Source: Mobula hypostoma
Taxonomy: Eukaryota
NCBI RefSeq assembly: GCF_963921235.1
Contig: NC_086115.1
Location: forward strand, 31,806,001 to 31,870,000
Reading direction: 5' to 3'
DNA length: 64,000 nucleotides
Part shown: positions 51,023-62,501 of the stretch, in pieces
Layout: each line of letters opens with the position of its first letter
Numbering within the stretch: position 1 is the stretch's first letter
The notes under the pieces: model-generated
Seen by the model: the letters and a program-made list of their open reading frames with translations, nothing else
Databases searched by the model: none
What the model was told of the DNA's origin: nothing
Position numbers and translations under genes: made by a program

Positions 51023-51248
51023 GCCGAAGCGAGTGCCGGTAATTCGTCCTTCCTCACCGGAGCAACCCTGTCCAATTACCTCGCCGAAGCGAGTGCCGGT
51101 AATTCATCCTTCCTCACCGGAGCAACCCTGTCCAATTACCTCGCCGAAGCGAGTGCCGGTAATTCGTCCTTCCTCACCGGAGCAACCCTGTCCAATTACC
51201 TCGCCGAAGCGAGTGCCGGTAATTCGTCCTTCCTCACCGGAGCAACCC
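51023..51248. repeat. 60-bp tandem array (~3.8 copies) in the 5' LTR
   Basis: gccgaagcgagtgccggtaattcgtccttcctcaccggagcaaccctgtccaattacctc. Confidence 0.95.
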
Positions 51249-51624
51249 AAAGCGAGCCTGCGAAGTTTCCTCGTCACGGTGGGTCCGCCGCTGTCCACTG
51301 TTCCCGGGTCGAGTCGAGAGCTCGTCACTACCCAGAGACTCCAAGTCAAGTCCTGGCCCCGGTGGCATTCAAGCACCAAGTCAAGTCCTGTCCCTGGCAG
51401 CATTCTAGCACCAAGTCAAGTCCTGGCCCTGGCGGCTTCCCAGTTCTGAGTCAAATCCTGGCCCTGGCGGTCTGTGACTCCTGTCCTACCCCCTTGTCTG
51501 AATCCCTTCTCTGCCTCTCTCACCTCTAGCCCTCATCTGCAGCCCCCGCCTGCACTTCGGCCTAGTTCCATCACCGGAGGTAGATAGGTACTGTCTGGTG
51601 TTCATTTGTGTTGGTCTTGTCTTG

Positions 51625-52182
51625 TTTTGTACTCGCCTCCATGGGGTAAGTCAGGCCGTCTTGCCGTTGCCCTGCGGGGAGTCATGTCTTGTCTTGTCTT
51701 GTCTTCACCTCCGTGGAGTAAGTCAGGCCGTCTTGTCGTTGCTCCGTGGGGGGTCATGTCTTGTCGTGTCTTGTCCTCGCCTCTGTGGGGTAAGTCAGGC
51801 CATCTTGCCGTTGCTCCGCGGGGGGTCATGTCTTGTCTTGTCTGGTCCTCGCCTCCGTGGGGGTAAGTCTGGCCATCTTGCCATTGCCCCGCGGGGGGTC
51901 ATGTCTTGTCCTCGCCTCCGTGGGGTAGGTCAGGCCGTCTTGCCGTTGCCCCGCGGGGGGTCATGTTCTGTCTTGTCTTGTCCTCGCCTCCGTGGGGTAA
52001 GTCAGGCCATCTTGCCGTTGCTCCGCGGGGGGTCATGTCTTGTCGTGTCTTGTCCTCGCCTCCGTGGGGTAGGTCAGGCCGTCTTGCCGTTGCCCCGTGG
52101 GGGGTCATGTTCTGTCTTGTCTTGTCCTTGCCTCCGTGGAGTAAGTCAGGCCGTCTTGCCGTTGCCCCGCGGGGGGTCATGA
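51625..52182. repeat. ~65-bp tandem array (~8-9 copies) in the 5' LTR
   Basis: ctcgcctccgtggggtaagtcaggccgtcttgccgttgccccgcggggggtcatgtcttgtcttgt-like unit. Confidence 0.92.
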
Positions 52183-53261
52183 GTCCCAGCCCTATGTCCT
52201 GTGCCCAAGGAGTGGTCCCGGCTCTCTGTTCTGTGTGTGAGTCCCGGCCCTATGTCCTGTACCCAAGAAGGGGTCCCGACTTCTGTGTTCTGTGTATGTG
52301 TCCATGGTTCCATGTACCTGCTCCCGAGACCGAGGCTCTGTATTCCCATGTTCCTCCTCTCCCTACCCCATGTCATGTCTTTGCCTGGTCCTGGGGTCCG
52401 AGCCCGAGGCAAGACCCAGGTACAGGATCCTTGCCCAGTCTCTGGCTCGGAGTCCATACCCTAACCTCTTCATGTCTCCTCTAGTTCTGGGAGCCGATTC
52501 TGAGTCCAAGCCCAGACCCTTGGTCCCAGCCTAGTCGTAGTCCTGAGTCCTTGTCCAGTTTGCTATTTCCTGCTCCTGCCTTGCCCTCCTGGTATTGAAC
52601 AATAAACTAAATCGAAGTAACCTTACAATATGTGTTTTGCATTTGGGTCCACCTTTGCTCCCAATGCCCCTGCCATTGTGACAGAACGCTCCCGCCAAAC
52701 ATGGACCCAGCAGACACAAACTGTTTTTCCGAACACTTGTCAGCCTGAAAGTCAAGATGTTGTTCTGTTTTGCCCGCTGGCCAAATCCCACCTGGGTCAT
52801 CGATAATACAGGCAAATCTGTTGGTCGCCTGGAGGCTCCCATTGGGAGGAGGGTACTGTCATGGTCCGGATTGGGGTCCCTTTAAATTTAGCTTGTTTAT
52901 GTTCCAATCTGGACCCTTGATTCCCTGTTTTCCCGTGTCCCTCGACTTTGGTGATTAGAGGCAATTAACACTCGGCTGAACCAGTAGTTTATAGTCTCTG
53001 GCTTTCAGCCGTTCGGTGCGGGAGCATCTGCAAAGTCATCAAAGGCACAGTGTGCCGATGTCATCTGGCCGGAGCAAGCCTAGTCTCTGCCGAAGCGAGT
53101 GCCGGTAATTCGCCCTTCCTCACCGGAGCAACCCTCGCCGAAGCGAGCCTGCAAAGTTTCCTCGTCACGGTGGATCCCTCAGTTAACCCGCCGGAGAGAA
53201 TCAGGAGCCGCTGTCTACTGTTCCTGGGTCGAGTCGAGAGCTCGTCACTACCCAGAGCTCG

Positions 53262-53460
53262 AAGTCAAGTCCTGGCCCTGGCGGCATTCTAGCACCAAGT
53301 CAAGTCCTGGCCCTGGCGGCATTCAAGCACCAAGTCAAGTCCTGGCCCTGGCGGCATTCAAGCACCAAGTCAAGTCCTGGCCCTGGTGACATTCAAGCAC
53401 CAAGTCAAGTCCTTGCACTGGCGGCTTCCCAGTTCTGAGTCAAGTCCTGGCCCTGGCGGT
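53262..53460. repeat. ~31-36-bp tandem array in the 3' LTR
   Basis: caagtcaagtcctggccctggcggcattcaagcac repeated ~5-6 times. Confidence 0.9.
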
Positions 53461-56400
53461 CTGTGATTCCTGTCCTACCTCCCGTCTGAATTCCTTCTCT
53501 GCCCCTCTCGCCTCTAGCCCTCGTCTGCAGCCCCTGCCTGCACTTCGGTCTAGTTCCATCGCCAGAGCTAGATAGGTACTGTCTGGTGTTCATTCGTGTT
53601 GGTCTTGTCTTGTTTTGTACTCGCTTCCATGGGGTAAGTCAGGCCGTCTTGCCGTTGCCCTGCGGGGAGTCATGTCTTGTCTTGTCTTGTCTTGTCTTCA
53701 CCTCCGTGGAGTAAGTCAGTCCGTCTTGCCGTTGCTCCGTGGGGGGTCATGTCTTGTCGTGTCTTGTCCTCGCCTCCGTGGGGTAGGTCAGGCCGTCTTG
53801 CCGTTGCCCCGCGGAGGGTCATGAGTCCCGGCCCTATGTCCTGTACCCAAGGAGGGGTCCCGGCTCTCTGTTCTGTGTGTGAGTCCCGGCCCTATATCCT
53901 GTACCCAAGGAGGGGTCCCGACTCTGTGTTCTGTGTACGTGTCCATGGTTCCATGTACCTACTCCCCAAGACCGAGGCTCTGTTTTCCATGTTCCTCCTC
54001 TCCTTAGCCCATGTCATGTCCTTGCCTGGTCCTGGGGTCCGAGCCCGAGGCAAGATCCAGGTACTGGGTCCTTGCCCAGTCTCTGGCTCAGAGTCCATAC
54101 CCTAGCCTCTTCATGTCTCCTCTAGTTTTGGGAGCCGATTCTGAGCCCTAGCCCAGACCCTTGGTCCCAGCCTAGTCATAGCCCTGAGTCCTTGTCCAGG
54201 TCGATATTTCCTGCTCCTGCCTTGCTCTCCTGGTATCGAACAATAAACTAAATCGAAGTAACCTCACAAGATGTGTCTTGCATTTGGGTCCACCCGCGTC
54301 CAATTGCCCCCGTCATTGTGACAATCATTGTCAATGCAATCTCTCCAGCTACTTCCTTCGGAACCCAAGGTGCATTGCGTCAAGTCCAGGAGATTTATCC
54401 ACCTCGGACGATTAAGCTTCCTGAGCACCTTCTCAGTCGTAATTTTCACTGCACATACTTCACTTCCTTGACACTCCTGAATGTCCGGTATAGTGCAGGT
54501 GTCTGCAACTGTGAAGACTGATGCAAAATACACATTCAGTTCCTCTGCCATCTCTGCATCTCTCATTACAATATCTGCAGCATCATTTTCTATTGGCCCT
54601 ATATCTACCCTCAACTCTCTTTCACCCTTTATATACTTAAAAAAGCTTTTAGTATCTTCTTTGATATTAGTCGCCAGGTTCCTTTCATAAATCATCTTTT
54701 CCTTCCTAATGATCTTCATAGTTTTCTTCTGCAAATTTCTAAAAGCTTCCCAATCCTCCATCTTCTCACTAGCTTTGACTTCATTGTATGCCCTCTTTTT
54801 TGCTTTTACTTTGGCTCTGACTTCACTTGTCAGCCACAGTAGTGTCCTTCTTCCATTCGAAAATTTCTTCTTATTTGGAATATATCTGTCTTGCACTTCC
54901 CTCATTCTTCCCAGAAACTCCAGCCATTGCTACTCTACTGTCCTACCTGCTAGTGTCCCTTTCCAGTCAACATTGGCCAGTTCCCCTCTCATACCATTGT
55001 AATTTCCTTTATTCCACTGAAATACCGACACATTGGAATTTAGTTTCTCTTTCTCAAATTTCCAAGTGAACTCAATCATATTGTGACCTCTGTTCCCTAA
55101 GGGTTCCTTAACCTTAAGCTCTCTTATCACCTCCGGATCATTACACAACACCCAATCCAGCATAGCTGATCCCCTAGTGGGCTCAACAACAAGCTGTTCT
55201 AAAAAGCCATCCCTTAGACATTCTACAAATTCTCTCTCTTGAGGTCCAGTACTGGCCTGGTTTTCCCAATCCACTTTCATGTTAAAATCTCCAATGATTA
55301 TCATGACATTGACCTTCTGACACACCTTTTCTATCTCTTGCTGTAACATGTAATCCACATCCCAGCTGCTGTTTGGAGGCCTGCTTGGGCAGAGTCTCCC
55401 CAATATTTCATGAGTATATCCCTCCCCACTACTGGAAGTATCTACAGGAAGCACTGCCTCAAGAAGGCAACATCTTTTAACAGAGATCCCCACATTATGG
55501 CCATGTCATCTTCTTACAGCTCTCTTTGGGCAGGTTCAGGAACAGCTATTTCCCTTCCACAATTCAGTATTTGAACCAACCAGCAAAACCCTTTTCACTA
55601 CAGTTTAACGATACTATGATCACATTGATCACTTTTCAGTAAAATAGACTTTGATTTGTTTGTCATTGTAATTGTGTTCTTACTTATAAAGACTGTTAAA
55701 TTAACTTTTTCTTGTGAATGTTGCTTATACGATGCTATGTATCTATGATGCTGCTACAAGTATTGGTGCATACATGTACTTGTCTGTATGACAATGAACT
55801 GTTTATAAACCATAAACAGTTTGGAGCTGGGGAGGAAAGGAAGGTGGTAGCTCTTTGTGTGGAAGAGGAAGGCTGCACATTGAAGTGGAACTTGAGAAGT
55901 AAGACACTAAAGCCTGTCATTTTCATAATTCTACAATTGTCCATTCACAATCAATGGAATAGTTACAGCATAGAAGGAAACTTTCTCTGCCCAATGAAGC
56001 AGTGGAGGCTACCTCAGTAAATATACTTAAGACAAGGCTGGATAGATTTTTTGCATAGTAGGGGAATTAAGGGTTATGAGGAAAAAGCAGGTAAGTGGAG
56101 ATGAGTCCATGGCCAGATCAGCCTTGATGTAATTGAATGGTGGAGCAGGCTCAACGGGCCAAATGGTCTACTCCTGCTCCTATTTCTTGTGTTCTTATGT
56201 CCAGTCCATGCCACTTCTATGTAAGGGTAATCCCTCTGGTACTGAAAAATCTTTCCTTTTGTATACTTATTCCATTCATTTTGAAAGCTATAATTGAATA
56301 AGCTTTCATTATTAATGCTGATAGAGCAGTCCACAAACTGGCCGTTAACTGTGTAAAAATACTTTTCCTCTAGGTGTTTTTCTAATCATTTTTATTCTAT

Positions 56401-57139
56401 GTCCCTAGCTTTTGGCTCCTCTGTCAACAGGAATAGAACACATTTCTGTAACATGCTTGAAAATTCATCCCTTTGCCTACTTGGTAAGTTAGAATATAAA
56501 GGCATAGGATGATAGGTCCTCGATCGTTCCAGCTACACATATTTTTAATTGACCATTTAAATATAAAGGACTTATCAATATTATAATAGTTTATTTGATT
56601 ACTGCTGTAGAACCTTTGTTTTTTTAAGTAGGATTATTAAAGCTGAGATCACTTTTAATCACCAGAATTTTCCACTCATGTACCAATTTATGCTTGTGTC
56701 TTGATATTTGACACAGGATGTCTCACCGTACAGCACACTATGGGTGCTTTGCATATTTCCATGCAGACCTATATAAATTTACAACATGGTCAAACTAACA
56801 CTTTTTAAGATTGATCATAAGACATAGGAACAGAATTAGGCCATTCAGCCCAACAAATCCGCTCCACCATTCCATCATGGCTGATTTATTATCCCTCTCA
56901 ACCCCATTGTCCTGCCTTCCCCCTGTAACCTTTGACACCCTGCCTAATCAAGAACCTATCGAACTCCACTTTAAATATACTCAATGTCCTAGCCTCCACA
57001 ATGGATTCCAGATTCACTATCCTCAGTTTAAAGAAATCCCTTCTCATCCCTGTTCTAAGTAGGCATCCCTCTAGTCTGAGGCTCTTCCCTCTGCTCCACA
57101 AGACTCGCCCGTTATAGGAAACATCGTCCCTATATCCAC

Positions 57140-57245
57140 CCAGGCTCTGGCACACAACCGCGATAGATGGAACAGACTGGTGCAAAGCTTGTCATGACGG
57201 TGCCCTGACGACTCCACCAGGAGTTAAGGGCTCAAGGAAGGAAGG
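57140..57245 (+). mobile_element. Extreme 3' end of an RTE-like LINE inserted in a CR1 fragment (56815-57350, -)
   Basis: QALAHNRDRWNRLVQSLS*, (GGAA)n tail, TSD ATATCCAC at 57132-57139 and 57246-57253. Confidence 0.7.
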
Positions 57246-57779
57246 ATATCCACTCCTCCTAGTCCTTTCAATATCCAATAGGTTTCAGTGACCTCTTCCC
57301 CTCATACTTCTAAACTCCAGCAAGTACAGAGCCATCAAACACTTCTCATACTTGTTTTAAACAACTCATATTGTTAGCACGTTAAAATCACTAGCTTCAA
57401 GTGAAGAGGTTATTGTTAGTACACACCACTGTACAGATTTTAACCACTGTATTAAAGCCTTTTTTAAAGGCCTTGCACACTGATTGGTTGTACCCAGGCA
57501 ATTAAATAAATAAGGCAACAATCAGAAGTAACAATAGAAATTACTGGAAGCCCTCAACAGGTCAGGCAGCATATACAGATATGTATCTGCAGCTATTGCC
57601 TATTTTCTACTTTTTCCTAGTTCTGATGACAGATCATGACCTGAAATGTGCACTGCTCATTCTACAGATTCTGCCTGAACTATTCTCCAGGCATTTCCAG
57701 TTTCTAAGCATTTGCATTTTTTGCTTGCTTTTAGAACAATAAGTCATATATTCAAATTCTGGATCACTAATCTTGACAC

Positions 57780-59100
57780 CCTGACTACAGATCTAGCTCT
57801 CAGCAGACTACGAATTTCCTACTTTGTTCACAGCTTTTGGTTTGCGTATGTCCAGTATGTTCTCGAAGGCACACACTCATTCACACAGGTCTTGATGAAG
57901 TCAGTGACAACTGTGACATATTCAATCAGATTTTAATATTGTCCAGTTCAGAGACTCAGTGCAGTCCTGTAAGTGCTCCTCAAACTTTCTGGACCATATT
58001 TCTTGGTCATCATCACTGGTGCTGCTGTCTTTAGACTCTGCCTATACACCAAGAGTAGAAGTGCAGCCAGGTGATTGGACTTTCTCAAATGTAGATCTGG
58101 GTGTGGAACAGCATGGTAAGCATTCTTGACAATGATATAACAGCAATCAAATGTGTTGGCTCCTCTGTTTCGCTCGGTGATATGTTGTTAGTAGCTGTTC
58201 AGAGACTGCTTCAAGCTGGCCTACTGAAATCCACCAGAACGATAGGGAAGGCATCAGGCTGTGCTGCTTTATGACTGCTGTTGATGGTGCTCAGCTCCTC
58301 CAGAGCCTGTCTGACATTAGCCTGAGGTGAAAAGCAGCATCCATCATCAATGTCCTCACCACCCAGGCCATGCTCTTTTCTCGCTGCTGCCATCAGGTAG
58401 AAGGTACAAGTGCCTCAGGACTCGTACTACAAGGTTCAAGAGCAGTCACTACTCCTCAAACATCAGGCTCTTGAACAACAGGGGATAACTACACTCATTC
58501 TATTTCAACAGTTACTGTTCTCTAGATTTGCTAAGTATGCCCACAGGAAAAAGAATTTCAGGGTTGTATGTGGTGACATGTATGTACACTAATAATAAAT
58601 TTGACCTTGAACTTCAAATGTACACCACTATAAGGATGATGGTGGAAAACTCCCTCAGCAGATAAAATGAATGACACTTGATCGCTAGATGTTCCAGGAA
58701 GACTGAGACAGGACTGCCACGTCTGTGCACCATAATGAGTTATCATAAAGCATAGTCCACCTCCTCTACCTTTAAAAGACTCAGATGTCTTGTCATTGCA
58801 GAGAATGATGAAGCCATTGGGCTAGAGCACTACATCCAAAATACCAGGTGTGAGCCATATTTCTGTACAGCAAAATACACAGCAGTCCCTGATGTCCCTC
58901 TGGTAATGCAATCTTGTTCTGGGGTCTTCAGTTCTATTTTCCAGACAGGATACATTTGCTAACAGGATAGACAGGAGTAGGGATCTAAAACATCTGTGTT
59001 TCAATCGTAGCTGCAGATCAGTTTGGCTTCCACTTCTGTTTTCTTAAAGGGAAAGTGTACTCACGATCCACATCTGTTGCCCAGGATCCGCTGGTATCGC
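57780..59100 (-). mobile_element. Rex1/Babar-like LINE 5' region (endonuclease), degenerate
   Basis: SILLANVSCLENR..YQRDIRDCCVFCCTEIWL; TVVTDFIKTCV; an opposite-strand 3' tail is inserted at ~58330-58610. Confidence 0.75.
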
Positions 59101-59320
59101 TAGATTTGAGTATCGATAGATTTTAAAGTCATCTTAAAGTGATGTTACATTCTAAAGTGCCTGTCAGTGGATTTCAGATAAAGTGGTCCTAATCAGGAAT
59201 ATTTGACAATTCCCATCAGAATTGGACGCAGCATCGCCACATATCGGCATCATCTTCTGAAAAAGATAGCATTATTTGGAAAATTATTATGAGTAAGTTA
59301 ACATTGAAAAAGCTTCATGA

Positions 59321-59630
59321 GGACTGGCTGGTGGCGCAATGATATCGGCGACGGACCCGGGAGCGGAGGTTCCCGGGTTCAAATCTATTCCGGTCCGCTC
59401 CTGAGTACGCTTTCCATCTGTGCCAGGTTGAGTGTCGAGATCGCAACTCGACCCCGTAAAATAAAAAAAGGGAAAATACTGCAGAAATGCCTGTGTGAGA
59501 AGTGGCGTATCACACAGTCTCTCTCTCTCTCGCTCCGCGCCTTGTAAAAGCCATGAAAAAGACATCATCACGGACACACACACAGACACGCAGACGCACA
59601 TGCACGTATTCGCACGCACCAAAAAGAAAA
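59321..59630 (+). mobile_element. Young full-length tRNA-derived SINE
   Basis: A box tggcgcaatg, B box ggttcaaatct, CpG-rich body, A-rich tail; perfect 15-bp TSD GAAAAAGCTTCATGA at 59306-59320 and 59631-59645. Confidence 0.9.
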
Positions 59631-60211
59631 GAAAAAGCTTCATGAAGAAAGGACAACGAAGAATACATTGGAATCACCAGCTTTCGAGTTAACAAGGCAT
59701 TAAATGTTGATTTCAACAGTAATTGAGCTGAGGCGGGGCAGACCCTGTGCGCTGTTACGGAGGAGAAAATAGGCCTCTGTCTCTGTTGCAAGAGTTTATT
59801 CTAGGCTGATTGTGCCTCCTTGATTCAATATTCTTCTGATCTTCTCCAAAATGTGACTCATTTATCCAAAGTAATAACTGTTTAAAACCTATGATGGATA
59901 TTGTGCCTTCTCATCAATCCCATGTATTAGGTCAACATTTATACCATCTGCAGCACTGGTTCCCAACGGTAAAGGTTAGCCTACTGACCTTTGTTTTTGA
60001 AGGACTGACTTTACTCATTATTCAAAACAAATCTGCGCACCACATGCACTGCTACAACCTCATATGAGCTATTGAATATATTCAGCAGGGTTTTATACCA
60101 TTAATTATAGACACATATTACATCTGATCCTGTTGCTTTTTTGACATTGCTCTTAGTTAGCCTAATTTACCCTGAGCTCAAAATACAAGCTATTCAAACT
60201 TCACCCTTGTC

Positions 60212-61330
60212 AAGATTCAAGATTGTTTAATGTCATCTCCAGTATACAAGTGTAAAGGAGAAAGAAATTATTCTTACTCTGGATCCAATATAGCAAAAAA
60301 AATCACAATAAGATAAAGAACACAATAATAATAAAACAATAAATATAATATTCAAGATCCTTTATATACATAGATTGATTGTATGTCCATGAAGTGATGC
60401 TAAGTACAAGCATGTCAGTACATAAGGTGACTGACAGGAAATGATAAACTTGTAGTGGTTGGGGGTGTGGAAGGATGGGTTAGTGGGTGAAGGAGTCGTT
60501 GATCAGCCTTACTGTTTGGGATATATAACTGTTCTTGGGTCTGGTGGTCCTGGTATGGATGGTAATGACCCCCTCCCTCAGTCCATGCGCAGGACCCTTC
60601 CTGATGCCACTGGTCATTTTCCGGCACCTTTCTGTATATATGTCCTTGATGGTGGGTAGATGCGTTGGGCAGTTTTGACAACCCATTAAAGAGTCTTCCT
60701 GTCTGCCACAGGGCAGTTTCCATACATGCAGTGATGCGGCTTGTTAGGATGCTCTCTACTGCACATCAGTAGAATGGCACAAGTAGAGATGTGTATAGTC
60801 CAGCTCCCTTAGGCCTCCTCAGAAAGTAGAGCTTTCCTGACTGTGTAGGGTGCGTTCTGAGAGCATGACAGGTTGTGCGAGATGTGCACTCCCAGGAGTT
60901 TGAAACTGCTGACAGTTTCCGCTGCTGTGCCCTGATGTAAAGAGGAGCGCAAGTTCTCCTAAAATTGATAATCATCTCTTTTGTCCTGGGTTATTTGCCG
61001 GGAGCAGCCCTCGAGTTCTTTCACCTCCTCTCTGCAAACCACCTCATCATTGGTGATAACTGTCGTGACATCGATGAACTTGACAATGTGATCACTCGGG
61101 TGTTTGGGCATGCAGTCATGTCTGAGCAGAGTGAACAGCAGTGGGCTCAGCACACAGCCCAGAGGGGCACCCATGTTGAGGATAACAGGGAGGGAGGAGC
61201 GGTTGTACATCCTGACTATCTGTTGGTTAGGAAGTCCAGCACCCAATTGCGCAGTGATGTATTTAGACCATGAAGTAGGAGTTTGTTCACCAAGGTTTGT
61301 CAGACAATGGCATTGAATGCCAAAGTAAAA
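60212..61330 (-). mobile_element. Rex1/Babar-like LINE RT and 3' end
   Basis: LNMGAPLGCVLSPLLFTLLRHDC..HIVKFIDVTTV; (cttgaat)n-type tail. Confidence 0.85.
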
Positions 61331-61360
61331 TCCAAAGTTAAAGCAAATATAACCAATCTA

Positions 61361-62330
61361 CAGTGGCATGCAAAAGTTTGGCACCCCGGTCAAAATTTGT
61401 TACTGTGAATAGCTAAGCGAGTAAAATATGAACTGATTTCCAAAAGGCATAAAGTTAAAGATAACACATTTCTTTAATATTTTAAGCAAGAAAACTTTAT
61501 TTCCATCTTTTACAGTTTCAAAATAACAAAGAAGGAAAAGGGCCCGAAGCCAAAGCTTGGGCACCCTGCATGACAATACTTAGTAACACCCCCTTTGGCA
61601 AGTATCACAGCTTGTAAACACTTTTTGTAGCCAGCTAAGTCTTTCAATTCTTGTTTGAGGGATTTTCACCCATTCTTCCTTGCAAAAGGCTTCTAGTTCT
61701 GTGAGATTCTTGGGTGGTCTTGCATGCACTGCTCTTTTGAGGTCTATCCACAGATTTTTGATGATGTTTAGGTCGGGGGACTGTGAGGGCCATGGCAAAA
61801 CCTTCAGCTTGTGCCTCTTGAGGTAGTCCATTGTGGATTTTGAGGTGTGCTTAGTTTCATTATCCTATTGTAGAAGCCATCCTCTTTTCATCTTCAGCTT
61901 TTTTACAGACGGTGTGATGTTTGCTTCCAGAATTTGCTGGTATTTAATTGAACTCATTCTTCCCTCTACCAGTGAAATGTTCCCCGTGCCACTGGCTGAA
62001 ACACAAGCCCAAAGCATGATCAATCCACCCCCATGCTTAACAACTGGAGAGGAGTTCTTTTCATGAAATTCTGCACCTTTTTTCTCCAAACATACCTTTG
62101 CTCATTGTAGCCAAAAAGTTCTATTTTAATTTCATCAGTCCACAGGACTTGTTTCCAAAATGCATCAGGCTTGTTTAGATGTTCCTTTGAACCTTTTGAA
62201 TAGAACTTTTTGGCCGCAATGAGCAAAGGTATATTTGGAGGAAAAGGTGCAGAATTTCATGAGAAGAACTCCTCCTCTCCAACTGTTAAGCACGGGGGTG
62301 GATCGATCATACTTTGGACTTGTGTTGCAT
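61361..62330 (-). mobile_element. Tc1-family (IR/DR type) transposon remnant with an inverted duplication
   Basis: TA then cagtggcatgcaaaagtttgg TIR, inner direct repeat at ~61552-61566; DDE motifs VLWTDE, VKHGGG, WPSQSPDLNIIKNLW; 62199-62330 inverts 61997-62125. Confidence 0.9.
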
Positions 62331-62419
62331 ACAACTGTTTAAAATAATACCTATTCAGCTTTGTCGTCAAATTTGCTCTTGCTGCCAATGCAGCTTTTCC
62401 TCATTCTTTACATTTATGT

Positions 62420-62485
62420 AAAGAAAATGAAAACAAATGTATTCTTTACATTTATGTAAAGAATACATTCGTTTTCATTTTCTTT
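62420..62485. repeat. AT-rich palindrome with 31-bp arms and one mismatch
   Basis: aaagaaaatgaaaacaaatgtattctttaca-ttta-tgtaaagaatacattcgttttcattttcttt. Confidence 0.92.
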
Positions 62486-62501
62486 CAGTATAATTGTAAG
62501 C

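Larger units (their letters stand above)
50791..54323 (+). mobile_element. Non-autonomous Tf1/sushi-like (chromovirus) LTR retrotransposon: 5' LTR 50791-52683, internal region 52684-52856, 3' LTR 52857-54323
   Basis: Both LTRs run TGTCA...TGACA; TSD ATCAT at 50786-50790 and 54324-54328; PPT gggaggagggtac before the 3' LTR; internal region begins with a gag-like ATG GAC CCA GCA (MDPA). Confidence 0.92.
49288..55380 (-). mobile_element. CR1 LINE ORF2 (endonuclease end to 3' tail), split by the LTR element at 50791-54323
   Basis: IIGDFN..PTRGSAMLDWVLCN (endonuclease), QHGFLKGKSCLTNL, GVPQGSVLG, MFADDTKI; the sequence is continuous once the insert and one ATCAT are removed. Confidence 0.93.

Noticed and set aside
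50984-54105. Many 100-190 aa ORFs within the LTRs
   Set aside because: They arise from GC-rich tandem units that lack stops; they overlap in several frames and are not conserved in length between LTR copies.
59321-59400. tRNA gene
   Set aside because: A and B boxes are present, but there is no full cloverleaf and it is the head of a TSD-flanked SINE.
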